Source of the DNA: Deltaproteobacteria bacterium
GTDB lineage: Bacteria > Desulfobacterota > Dissulfuribacteria > Dissulfuribacterales > Dissulfuribacteraceae
NCBI GenBank assembly: GCA_015494155.1
Contig: WGBU01000011.1
Span: 874-64,873 of the forward strand
Direction of reading: 5' to 3'
Length of the DNA stretch: 64,000 nt
Under the pieces are notes generated by a model. The model did no database searches. It saw only the letters and a list, made by a program, of their open reading frames with translations, and was not told the DNA's origin. The position numbers were made by a program, and so were the translations under genes. How positions within the stretch are numbered: position 1 is the stretch's first letter; each line of letters starts with the position of its first letter. This document shows positions 18,133 through 26,784 of this stretch, piece by piece.

Positions 18133-18882
18133 ATGAAGATCGCCATTTCCGGAAAGGGAGGGGTGGGAAAGAGCACTATAAGCGCCATCTTTTGTGAGGC
18201 GCTTAGAGAGTTGGGGAAGAGGGTGCTCGCCATCGACTCAGACCCAAGCCCACACCTTGCCCGTCTCTTGGGGTTCCCAGAACCAGAAAAGATTGTCCCC
18301 ATTGCCCAGATGACTGAACTCTTGGAAGAGAGGAGCGGGCGCCAGGGCCCCTTCTACAATCTCAATCCCAAGGTGGATGACCTGCCAGAGCGGTTCCTGC
18401 TAGAGCGCGACAGGATTAAGCTCATGGTGGTGGGGGCAGTGCAAAAGGGTGGTGGCGGGTGCGCCTGTGCAGAGAATACTGTATTGAGGAACCTTGTGAA
18501 TGCACTCCTCCTCGAACCAGAAGATGCCATTGTCATGGACATGGAGGCAGGGGTAGAGCACCTGGGGAGGGGGACCATCCAGAGTGTCGACCACCTGTTG
18601 ATCGTGGTTGAACCATACAAGGGAAGCCTCGAGACCGCAAAAAAGATCGAGAGGCTTGCCAGGGACATCGGGCTTGAGAATACGAGGATAGTGGCAAACA
18701 AGGTCTCCACAGACGAAGACCGTGAATTTATAGAAGAGGGCTTAGGTGTAAAGGTATTCCTCTCTATACCGTACGACCCTGAGCTTAGGGCAGCAGAGAG
18801 GAGGGGAGGGCGTTTGTATGAGTACTGCCCTGTTGCCATAAAAGAGCTAGTAAAGGATGCCATAAAGAGACTTGAGGGATGA
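18133..18882 (+). CDS. CooC-type (MinD/ParA-class) metallochaperone ATPase
   Basis: 249 aa. The deviant Walker A is ISGKGGVGKST, and GGGGCACAEN carries the CxC motif characteristic of CooC/AcsF Ni-insertion ATPases. No CODH gene lies nearby. Confidence 0.7.
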   Translation: MKIAISGKGGVGKSTISAIFCEALRELGKRVLAIDSDPSPHLARLLGFPEPEKIVPIAQMTELLEERSGRQGPFYNLNPKVDDLPERFLLERDRIKLMVVGAVQKGGGGCACAENTVLRNLVNALLLEPEDAIVMDMEAGVEHLGRGTIQSVDHLLIVVEPYKGSLETAKKIERLARDIGLENTRIVANKVSTDEDREFIEEGLGVKVFLSIPYDPELRAAERRGGRLYEYCPVAIKELVKDAIKRLEG

Positions 18883-19673
18883 AAGGAAGATTCACAGGGC
18901 TAAAGGACGTCCAGAGCCTACCAGACCATAGGAATATCCCACTAAACCGAGTGGGAATCAAAAACATCCGCTATCCCATAACGGTCCTGGATAAGGCCAG
19001 GGGTATGCAGCATACAGTGGCCAATATAAACATGTACGTCAACCTGCCCCACCAGTTTAAGGGCACCCACATGAGTCGTTTTGTGGAGATCTTAAACGAG
19101 TACAGGGGAAACATAAGTGTCAAGACCTTTCAAAAGATCCTCCAAGAGATGAAGGATAGGCTTTCTAGCGACGAGGCCCACCTAGAGGTGGAGTTCCCCT
19201 ACTTTATAGAAAAAAAGGCCCCTGTGACTGGGACCCCTGGACTTATGGAGTACTGGTGTGGATTACATGGGACTCTTCGGGAGCAACTGGACATGGTGGC
19301 ACTGGCCAAGGTGCCCGTTACCACAGTGTGCCCCTGCTCAAAGGAGATCTCAGACTTTGGGGCCCACAACCAGAGGGGAGAAGTGAGGGTCTGGGTGAGG
19401 TTCAGGGAGTTCATCTGGCTGGAAGACCTAATAGAGTGTGTTGAGTGCGCTGCCTCATGCCAGGTCTTTTCCATATTAAAGCGACCAGACGAGAAGTATG
19501 TCACAGAACTCGCCTACAGTAATCCCATGTTCGTGGAAGACGTGGTGAGAAACGTCTTTCTGGGGCTCAAGAAGTTGAAGGGCATCTCATGGTTTTACGT
19601 AGAGGCAGAGAACTTCGAGTCCATCCACAACCACTCTGCCTATGCGTGCGTCGAGGCGAGCAATGGCAAGTAG
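18879..19673 (+). CDS. folE2: GTP cyclohydrolase I type 2 (FolE2/MptA family)
   Basis: 264 aa. The motifs are LPDHRNIPLNRVGIKNIRYPI, HQFKGTHMSRF and VCPCSKEISDFGAHNQRG. There is an ATGA overlap with the upstream ATPase gene. Confidence 0.85.
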   Translation: MKGRFTGLKDVQSLPDHRNIPLNRVGIKNIRYPITVLDKARGMQHTVANINMYVNLPHQFKGTHMSRFVEILNEYRGNISVKTFQKILQEMKDRLSSDEAHLEVEFPYFIEKKAPVTGTPGLMEYWCGLHGTLREQLDMVALAKVPVTTVCPCSKEISDFGAHNQRGEVRVWVRFREFIWLEDLIECVECAASCQVFSILKRPDEKYVTELAYSNPMFVEDVVRNVFLGLKKLKGISWFYVEAENFESIHNHSAYACVEASNGK

Positions 19674-19698
19674 GCAGGTTAAGATGGAGGAGGTGTGA

Positions 19699-20775
19699 CT
19701 ATCTCCTGCCCACCTCGCTGCCCACTGCCACATTTGCACCAGAAAAGGTGGCCATCTCGAGATAGATCTTAAGACCTGCGTCGATGATGGTCATGGCAAG
19801 TGCTGCACCAGTCCCTTCTCCCAGTCTTAGATCGAGGTCGAGTACTGGTCTTAGCCCCAGTGCCTCCATCTGTATCCTGTGCCCTTGTTCCACAGACATG
19901 TGCGAGGCAAACATGTAGTCAACGCTTAAGGGGGCCAGGCCCTTTGCAATGAGCGCCCCTGCCGTACTGATGAATCCATCCACCACAACAGGTATCCCAG
20001 ATGCGGCACATCCTAGGATGAGTCCGCAGATGGCTGCAATCTCGTGGCCCCCCACCTTGGAGAGGCAGTCTAGGGCATCCATTGGGTCAGGTCTGTTAGT
20101 CTCAATGGCCCTCTTGATCACATCTATCTTCCTTTTGAGAGCCGCATCGTCTATGCCAGTACCCCTGCCAGTGACCACTTCTGGAGATTCACCAGTGATT
20201 ACTGCAGTGATGGCACTGGCTGGTGTGGTATTACCGATACCCATCTCACCAGTGGCCAATATGCCATAGCCCCTTCTAACGGCGTCCTGGGCGAGTTCTG
20301 CACCATTCAAGATCCCCTCTATGGCCTCTTCTCTGGTCATGGCAGGGCCCTTTGTCATGTTTCTGGTGCCACGTGCCACCTTTTTCACTATAAGGCCGTC
20401 TGTCTCCTGGAATTCATAGTCCACCCCTGCATCCACAACAAATACGTCTGCACCTGCGTGTCGGGCAAGTACGTTTATGCCAGCTCCACCTCTCAAAAAG
20501 TTGAAGACCATCTGATAGGTGACCTCCTTGGGAAAGGCGCTTATGCCCTCCTCGGTCACTCCATGGTCGCCGGCAAATACGAAGACGGCCTTTTTGGGGA
20601 TTTTGGGTGACAGATCTTGTGTGATGAGTATGTATCTCTTGGCGAGTTCTTCCAGTCGGCCAAGGCTTCCTTTGGGTTTTGTGAGATCGTCCAGGTGTGA
20701 CTGGATATCGTCCTCAATGGAGTGGTCAATGGGCCGGATGGAGCCAATGAGTTCATCAAGGCTGTGCGTGGACAT
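19699..20775 (-). CDS. cobT: Nicotinate-nucleotide--dimethylbenzimidazole phosphoribosyltransferase
   Basis: 358 aa. The motifs are [24 protein letters not shown] and LRLGEGTGA. Confidence 0.9.
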   Translation of the reverse strand: MSTHSLDELIGSIRPIDHSIEDDIQSHLDDLTKPKGSLGRLEELAKRYILITQDLSPKIPKKAVFVFAGDHGVTEEGISAFPKEVTYQMVFNFLRGGAGINVLARHAGADVFVVDAGVDYEFQETDGLIVKKVARGTRNMTKGPAMTREEAIEGILNGAELAQDAVRRGYGILATGEMGIGNTTPASAITAVITGESPEVVTGRGTGIDDAALKRKIDVIKRAIETNRPDPMDALDCLSKVGGHEIAAICGLILGCAASGIPVVVDGFISTAGALIAKGLAPLSVDYMFASHMSVEQGHRIQMEALGLRPVLDLDLRLGEGTGAALAMTIIDAGLKIYLEMATFSGANVAVGSEVGRR

Positions 20776-21298
20776 TCATCCCTCCAATCTCTTTTATATT
20801 TGTAGCTATGCCTGCCAATACGAAATATACGTCACTGGCAGCCTGGGCCATGCTCTGGTTTAGACTGCCGAGTAGGTCTCTATAGCGTCTGGAATAACTG
20901 TCCTGTGGGACTATGCCAAGGCCAATTTCATTTGTGACTACTATGACGTTTTGGGGGGTGGTGGAAAACCACTCGACAAGGCGCTCCATGTGCGATTCCG
21001 TCTCTTTTGGGGCCTGTTCCACCACATTTAAGAGCCACATGGTGAGGCAGTCTAGGAGGAGTACCCCATAGGGCAGTCCCTTTTGATCCCAGATCTGAAT
21101 GGGTTCATCGAGGGTGTCCCAGAGGTGTGAGCGTTCTGCCTGGTGGAGCCTCACCTTCTCCCTCATCTCATCATCCAGGGGAAGACAGGTGGCTATGTAG
21201 AGGCCACGCTCCCCTGGTCCCAAGAGGGATTCACCGAGAGTGAGTGAAAAGCGCGTCTTTCCACTCTTAGCCCCACCTATGACGAGTACCCTCTTCAT
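20756..21298 (-). CDS. cobU: Adenosylcobinamide kinase / adenosylcobinamide-phosphate guanylyltransferase
   Basis: 180 aa with P-loop GGAKSGKT and a CobU/CobP length and pattern. It overlaps the cobT start by 20 nt. Confidence 0.85.
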   Translation of the reverse strand: MKRVLVIGGAKSGKTRFSLTLGESLLGPGERGLYIATCLPLDDEMREKVRLHQAERSHLWDTLDEPIQIWDQKGLPYGVLLLDCLTMWLLNVVEQAPKETESHMERLVEWFSTTPQNVIVVTNEIGLGIVPQDSYSRRYRDLLGSLNQSMAQAASDVYFVLAGIATNIKEIGGMNVHAQP

Positions 21299-21358
21299 GG
21301 CATGGCTTTTTACACCAAAATGGCCTGGTGTGCACTATCAAAGAGCGCCATGCCCCAC

Positions 21359-22375
21359 TCACTGGGTCTTTGATTGGTCTCTGCCATCTTTTAGGATACA
21401 CCTGTTTTCACAGAGGCTGGTCTCTATCTGTATGGTGGCGTGTTCGATGCCAAAGCGCCTGTGGAGTTCTCGCTGGATGTTGCACAAAAAGTCGTTGTCG
21501 ATCCTCTCGTTGTCCACAACCAGGTGCACAGTCAAGGCCACCTGTGTTGTACTGAGCGGCCATATGTGTAGGTCGTGGATCTGTCGTACCCCCTTTAGGC
21601 CAGATAGGTATTCTCTGATCCCTGCGATATCGATCCGTGCAGGCACAGCATCTATTATGTAGTTTAGAGATTCTTTGAAGAGATCCCATGTGCTGATGAA
21701 GATTACCCCAGCAATCACAAGGCTTACAGCGGAGTCGATCCAGTTCCAGCCCCAGGCCCAAATGGCCAGGCCAGCCACCACTACACCTAGAGATACTGCA
21801 GCATCGGCGGCCATGTGTAGAAAGGCGCCGCGGATGTTGAGGTCGTGCCTCTGGCCCTTTAAGAATAGGAGGGCAGTGGCAGTATTGATAAATACCCCTA
21901 TGGCTGCCACTATTATAATGGTCTTTCCATAGAGGGGGTGTGGATGAATCAGGCGCACAATGGCCTCCCACGATATGCCACCTGTGACTGCAAGCAAGAG
22001 GATCGCACTGAGGAGAGAGGCCAGCACAGTGGTCTTTCCATATCCATACGTATGGCGTTCCGTGGTGGATCGCGTAGCAAGGAGGCTTGCACCCCATGCA
22101 AGTAGGAGGCTTAGGATGTCTATAAAGTTGTGGCCTGCATCTGCGATGAGGGCCAAGGAGCCCACAAGTGCCCCATATCCTGCCTCTACCACTACAAAGA
22201 TCCCATTTAGGAAGACCCCTATGGCAAAGATTCGATTGTAGTCGGTGTATTCGTGGCGATGGTGGTGTCGTTGGTCCATTTCAATAAAACTATAGATCGC
22301 CAATGGGCGATACTCAACGATAAAGGTCTCAATGGGGTCGGGGTCAGCCCAAAGTGATTCATCTCGGCGAAACAT
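21359..22375 (-). CDS. Cation diffusion facilitator (Co/Zn/Cd efflux, CzcD/ZitB-like)
   Basis: There are six TM segments with HxxxD-type motifs (IADAGHNFID, HMAADAAVS). The N-terminus is His-rich (MDQRHHHRHE) and a C-terminal cytoplasmic domain is present. The true start may be ATG 22279 rather than 22375. Confidence 0.8.
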   Translation of the reverse strand: MFRRDESLWADPDPIETFIVEYRPLAIYSFIEMDQRHHHRHEYTDYNRIFAIGVFLNGIFVVVEAGYGALVGSLALIADAGHNFIDILSLLLAWGASLLATRSTTERHTYGYGKTTVLASLLSAILLLAVTGGISWEAIVRLIHPHPLYGKTIIIVAAIGVFINTATALLFLKGQRHDLNIRGAFLHMAADAAVSLGVVVAGLAIWAWGWNWIDSAVSLVIAGVIFISTWDLFKESLNYIIDAVPARIDIAGIREYLSGLKGVRQIHDLHIWPLSTTQVALTVHLVVDNERIDNDFLCNIQRELHRRFGIEHATIQIETSLCENRCILKDGRDQSKTQ

Positions 22376-22447
22376 CCTATGGCCTTTGTCATACTTGACA
22401 TGGTCTTATAAACTTGTTAAGAGATTGATCTCCTAAAAGGTGCTAGT

Positions 22448-22522
22448 AGGCGCGTAGCTCAGGGGGAGAGCGCTACCTTGACGCGGTAGAAGTCGGCGGT
22501 TCGATCCCGCCCGCGCCTACCA
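22448..22522 (+). tRNA. tRNA-Val (anticodon GAC)
   Basis: A manual cloverleaf works. The acceptor is AGGCGCG/CGCGCCT, the D-arm is GCTC..GAGC, and the anticodon stem CTACC/GGTAG carries loop TTGACGC. The T-arm is GGCGG-TTCGATC-CCGCC, CCA is encoded, and TTTTTTTT follows. Confidence 0.9.
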
Positions 22523-22622
22523 ATTTTTTTTGTATTTAGGACGTAGAGCAAATGCGATTTTCCAATATCAGACATCACCTATTAACATCGTACGGAGAGA
22601 CTCCTCTCTTATAGAACCCTCC

Positions 22623-24584
22623 ATGGAAGAACAACTCATCTCAATCAAGGTACACTCTGGGGAAGAAAAGGATGTAGCTGTCCCCAAAGGGACAAGCGCC
22701 TTTAACTGTCTGGTGCAGGCCCTAGGTAAATCCAAGGCCAAAAAGGCCATCTTTGTTGCAATAAATGGTGACCTTAAGGATGTTTCAACACCCTTAGAGG
22801 GGGAGTGTGATCTAGAACCCATATTCCCAGGGGATGAGAGGGCGCTTTCGGCCTACAGGCACTCATGTGCACATCTCATGGCCCAGGCCGTAAAGGAGTT
22901 GTTCCCAGCGGCAAAACTCGCCATTGGCCCCTCCACAGATGCGGGTTTTTACTACGACTTTGATGTGGACCATGGCTTTGATCCAGATGACCTAAAGGAG
23001 ATCGAAAAGCGCATGAAGGCCCTTTCAAAGCGGGCCATACCCATAAGGCGCAGGGTCATGGAGATCGATGAGGCGATAGAATTCTTTAGGGAAAAGGGTG
23101 AGCAGTACAAGGTCGAACTCCTTGAAGAGTTGAAGGGACAGGGGGAAAGAGAGGTCTCCATCTATGAACAAGATGGTTTTTCCGATCTCTGCCGCGGCCC
23201 CCATGTACCCCATACGGGCCACTTAAAGGTATTCAAGCTCACCTCCCTTGCAGGTGCCTACTGGCGTGGAGATGAGAAGAACCCAATGCTCCAGAGGGTC
23301 TACGGCACTGCCTTTTTTACAAAAGACGAGTTGAAAGAGTATCTGGAGAGGCTAGAAGAGGCCAGGCGCAGGGACCACAGGCGGCTTGGAAAAGAGCTCG
23401 AACTCTTCTCCATCTCTGAAGATATTGGACCAGGGCTCATCTTGTGGCACCCAAAGGGTGCGCTCATAAGGAAGATGATCGAAGACTTCTGGCGCGATGA
23501 ACACCTCAAGAGGGGCTATGAGATGCTCATAACCCCGCACATTGCCAAGCGGGACCTCTGGAAGACCAGCGGTCACCTGGACTTCTATGCGGAGAATATG
23601 TATTCCCCCATGGAGATAGACGAGGTAAGCTACCAGATCAAGCCCATGAACTGTCCATTTCACATCGCCATCTATAACAGCAGACGAAGGAGCTACAGGG
23701 AGTTTCCCATCAGGTGGTGTGAGCTTGGGACAGTTTATAGATATGAGCGTACGGGCACACTCCACGGGCTCATGCGCGTTAGGGGCTTTACCCAGGACGA
23801 TGCCCACCTGTTCATACGGCCAGACCAACTGGACGAGGAGATAAAGGGCGTCCTGGACATGACACTCTATATGTTGAGGGTATTTGGCTTTGACAGATAC
23901 GACATCTACCTCTCCACCAGGCCAGAGAAGTTTGTAGGTACAGAGGAGAATTGGGAGAGGGCCACTGCGGCCCTTGAGAATGCCTTGAAGGGCATGGGGC
24001 TACCCTATGAAGAAGACCCTGGAGAGGGGGTCTTCTATGGCCCAAAGATAGACATCAAGATAAGGGACTGTCTGGATCGCTCTTGGCAGTGTTCCACCAT
24101 ACAGGTGGATTTTAATCTTCCAGAGCGATTTGATGTGAAGTATATTGGTGAAGATGGTGAACCACACACACCCATCATGGTCCACAGGGCACTTTTGGGT
24201 TCCCTCGAGCGTTTTTTCGGGGTCTTGATCGAGCACTACGGAGGGGCATTCCCAGTGTGGCTCGCCCCAGTACAGGCAATAGTGCTCACAGTGACAGATA
24301 GGCACAATGAGTGGGCCAAAGAGGTGAAAGAGGTCATGCGGGGCCATGGCATTAGGGCAGAGGCAGACCTGAGGAACGAGAAGCTTGGAAAGAAGATAAG
24401 AGAGGCCCAACTCAAGAAGATCCCCTATATGCTCATTGTTGGGGACAAGGAGGTAGAGTCTAGGACTGTGAGCCCCAGGACCAGGGATGGCGTGGAGCAC
24501 AGCGCCTTGGACATAGAGTCTATGGTGCGTCTCATTAAAGAGGAGGAAAAGAGGCCCTTTGAGGATGCCAGAGAGAGGGCCTAA
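22623..24584 (+). CDS. thrS: Threonyl-tRNA synthetase (bacterial type with TGS and N2 editing domain)
   Basis: The editing motifs HSCAHLM and CRGPH are present along with the class II core and an anticodon-binding domain. I prefer ATG 22623 (MEEQLISIKV); the track ORF extends to 22530. Confidence 0.95.
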   Translation: MEEQLISIKVHSGEEKDVAVPKGTSAFNCLVQALGKSKAKKAIFVAINGDLKDVSTPLEGECDLEPIFPGDERALSAYRHSCAHLMAQAVKELFPAAKLAIGPSTDAGFYYDFDVDHGFDPDDLKEIEKRMKALSKRAIPIRRRVMEIDEAIEFFREKGEQYKVELLEELKGQGEREVSIYEQDGFSDLCRGPHVPHTGHLKVFKLTSLAGAYWRGDEKNPMLQRVYGTAFFTKDELKEYLERLEEARRRDHRRLGKELELFSISEDIGPGLILWHPKGALIRKMIEDFWRDEHLKRGYEMLITPHIAKRDLWKTSGHLDFYAENMYSPMEIDEVSYQIKPMNCPFHIAIYNSRRRSYREFPIRWCELGTVYRYERTGTLHGLMRVRGFTQDDAHLFIRPDQLDEEIKGVLDMTLYMLRVFGFDRYDIYLSTRPEKFVGTEENWERATAALENALKGMGLPYEEDPGEGVFYGPKIDIKIRDCLDRSWQCSTIQVDFNLPERFDVKYIGEDGEPHTPIMVHRALLGSLERFFGVLIEHYGGAFPVWLAPVQAIVLTVTDRHNEWAKEVKEVMRGHGIRAEADLRNEKLGKKIREAQLKKIPYMLIVGDKEVESRTVSPRTRDGVEHSALDIESMVRLIKEEEKRPFEDARERA

Positions 24585-24613
24585 GGCTCTGTTTAGGGAT
24601 TGGGAGGTGTAGC

Positions 24614-25135
24614 ATCGCTAAACAACAGAGTGTAAACGTCAACGATGCCATTAGGGCAAGTGAAGTAAGGCTTATTGACGAGAATGGCAAGCAGGTGGGG
24701 GTCATGCCCTTGAGGGAGGCACTCGAAAGGGCCCAGGACGTGGGGCTCGACCTCGTGGAGGTGGCACCCCAGGCAAAACCACCAGTTTGCCGCATTATGG
24801 ACTATGGAAAGTACAAGTACGAGCAGAGTAAAAAGGCCCAGGAGGCGAGGAAAAAGCAGTCTTATATCCAGGTAAAAGAGGTCAAGATGAGGCCAAGGAC
24901 AGATGTCCACGACCTGGAGGTGAAGAAGAAGCAGATACGAAAGTTCATTGGAGAGGGCAATAAGGTGAAGGTGACTGTGAGATTTAGGGGCCGTGAGATC
25001 GTCCATGCAGATATGGGAGTTGATCTATTGAAGCGGGTGGCAGACGAGATGAGCGAGATCGCAGTGGTGGAGCAGATGTCAAAGTTTGAAGGCCGTACTG
25101 TAACTATGGTACTTGCACCTAAGAAGGAAAAATAG
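24614..25135 (+). CDS. infC: Translation initiation factor IF-3, probable non-canonical (ATC/ATT) start
   Basis: The conserved N-terminal sequence IRASEVRLIDENGKQ lies upstream of the first GTG/ATG of the frame (24695/24704). ATC 24614 sits 6 nt after GGAGG (24603-24607), and ATT 24599 is an alternative. Confidence 0.8.
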   Translation: MAKQQSVNVNDAIRASEVRLIDENGKQVGVMPLREALERAQDVGLDLVEVAPQAKPPVCRIMDYGKYKYEQSKKAQEARKKQSYIQVKEVKMRPRTDVHDLEVKKKQIRKFIGEGNKVKVTVRFRGREIVHADMGVDLLKRVADEMSEIAVVEQMSKFEGRTVTMVLAPKKEK

Positions 25136-25177
25136 TGATAAAAACTTCGCACTCTTAAGAGAGGAGAATAGAAGACC

Positions 25178-25372
25178 ATGCCAAAGATCAAGACAAAGAG
25201 GGCAGCAGCCAAGAGGTTCAAGAGGACAGGTACTGGGAAGTTTGTACACTTTAAGCCATGTAAAAGCCACCTTCTCACCCACAAGTCGAGAAAGAGGAAG
25301 AGAAATCTGAGAAAGGACAAGGTGGCAAGCGAGGCAATGACACCCCAGATAAAGCGGATGTTACCATATTAA
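25178..25372 (+). CDS. rpmI: 50S ribosomal protein L35
   Basis: 64 aa beginning [22 protein letters not shown]..., with SD GAGGAG upstream. Confidence 0.95.
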   Translation: MPKIKTKRAAAKRFKRTGTGKFVHFKPCKSHLLTHKSRKRKRNLRKDKVASEAMTPQIKRMLPY

Positions 25373-25405
25373 GATCAGCAGTAGATTACACGGAGGATTT
25401 CAATC

Positions 25406-25756
25406 ATGCCAAGGGTAAAAAGAGGATTCAAGGCGAGGCGCCGTAGAAAGAAGATACTGAAGTTGGCAAAAGGGTATTTTGGGGCACGTTCAAGGTGTTA
25501 CAAGCAGGCAAGGGCTGCTGTTGAAAAGGGCCTTACCTATGCATATCGCGACAGGAAGGTCAAAAAACGCCTATACAGAAGGCTCTGGATACAGAGGATC
25601 AATGCCGCATGCAGGATGCATGGCCTTTCCTATAGCAGGTTCGTGAATGGGCTGAAAAAGGCTGGGATAGCCTTAAATCGCAAGGTGCTCGCAGACCTTG
25701 CTGTAACAGAGCCCAAGGCATTCTCTGCCATTGTGGAGCGCGTCAAGGGCGCATAG
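25406..25756 (+). CDS. rplT: 50S ribosomal protein L20
   Basis: 116 aa beginning [29 protein letters not shown]... Confidence 0.95.
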   Translation: MPRVKRGFKARRRRKKILKLAKGYFGARSRCYKQARAAVEKGLTYAYRDRKVKKRLYRRLWIQRINAACRMHGLSYSRFVNGLKKAGIALNRKVLADLAVTEPKAFSAIVERVKGA

Positions 25757-26782
25757 GTGGGCCATGGCCTTATGAAAGAACGCCTTCACCAAATAAGACG
25801 AGAGGCCACAACCCTTATAGAAGAGGCAGAAGACGAGGAGTCCCTAGAGTCTTTACGCATAAAATATCTGGGTAGAAAAGGGGAACTCACTACCATCCTA
25901 AAGGGGGTGGGCACCCTTCCCCCAGAAGAGCGTCCACAGGTTGGTAAGCTTGCCAACCAGTTCAAGAAAGAGATAGAGGAGGCCATCAAGGCCAAGAAAA
26001 AGGCGCTCCTCGGCACGAGGCCTTTGAGGAAGGAGGGGTGGGTAGACCTCACTCTCCCTGGCCGTAATCTTCCTCTTGGAAGGCTTCACCCCATCACACA
26101 GGTGATGCGGGAGATCATCGAGTGTTTCACCAAGATGGGCTTCTCTGTTGCCACAGGCCCTGAGATTGAACTCGATTTTTTCAATTTCGAGGCGCTCAAT
26201 ATCCCGCCGGAGCACCCGGCCCGCGATATGCAAGACACCTTTTACATCTCCAAAGAGACACTCCTAAGGACCCACACGTCCCCTATCCAGATCCGAACCA
26301 TGACTGGTGCAAGGCCGCCCTTGAGGATCATAGCCCCTGGCAAGGTATATAGGTGCGACTCAGATGTGACCCACACACCCATGTTTCACCAGGTAGAAGG
26401 GCTCTTAGTGGATAGAGGTGTCTCATTTGCGCAACTCAAGGGTATCCTCACTGCCTTTGCCCAGGCAATCTTTCACAGGGATACGAGACTCAGGTTCAGG
26501 CCCAGTTTCTTTCCATTTACAGAACCTAGCGCTGAGGTGGACATAGAATGTGTCATTTGTAAGGGCGCGGGTTGTAGGGTCTGTTCAGACACTGGTTGGA
26601 TCGAGGTCTTGGGCTGTGGGCTCGTACACCCACAGGTGTTTAGAAACGTGGGGTATGACACAGAGGAATTTTCGGGTTTTGCATTTGGACTTGGGGTGGA
26701 GAGGATCACCATGTTGAAGTATGGAATTAATGATCTCAGGTTGTTTTTTGAGAACGACATCCGTTTCTTAGGGCAGTTTTAG
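25757..26782 (+). CDS. pheS: Phenylalanyl-tRNA synthetase alpha subunit
   Basis: Class II motifs are present ([38 protein letters not shown]). The start is either GTG 25757 or ATG 25772. Confidence 0.95.
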   Translation: MGHGLMKERLHQIRREATTLIEEAEDEESLESLRIKYLGRKGELTTILKGVGTLPPEERPQVGKLANQFKKEIEEAIKAKKKALLGTRPLRKEGWVDLTLPGRNLPLGRLHPITQVMREIIECFTKMGFSVATGPEIELDFFNFEALNIPPEHPARDMQDTFYISKETLLRTHTSPIQIRTMTGARPPLRIIAPGKVYRCDSDVTHTPMFHQVEGLLVDRGVSFAQLKGILTAFAQAIFHRDTRLRFRPSFFPFTEPSAEVDIECVICKGAGCRVCSDTGWIEVLGCGLVHPQVFRNVGYDTEEFSGFAFGLGVERITMLKYGINDLRLFFENDIRFLGQF

Positions 26783-26784
26783 GT

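Noticed and set aside
21408-22097. 229-aa minus-strand ORF in an alternative frame of the CDF transporter gene
   Set aside because: It shares strand and span with the clearly homologous CDF frame. The translation is Trp/Arg/His/Cys/Pro-rich, which is typical of off-frame reading.
21299-22447. Cobalamin riboswitch upstream of cobU-cobT or of the CDF gene
   Set aside because: The available non-coding stretches (60 nt and about 72 nt) are far shorter than a cobalamin riboswitch, and no B12-box-like sequence was recognised by eye. A covariance-model scan would settle it.
22530-22622. Upstream extension of thrS, and a possible leader (T-box or operator) between tRNA-Val and thrS
   Set aside because: The extension has no ThrRS-like sequence, and ATG 22623 gives the normal TGS-domain N-terminus. 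The ~100-nt leader is too short for a T-box, and I could not recognise a specifier/antiterminator or an anticodon-arm mimic. Only a small GAGAG-actc-CTCTC hairpin is visible.
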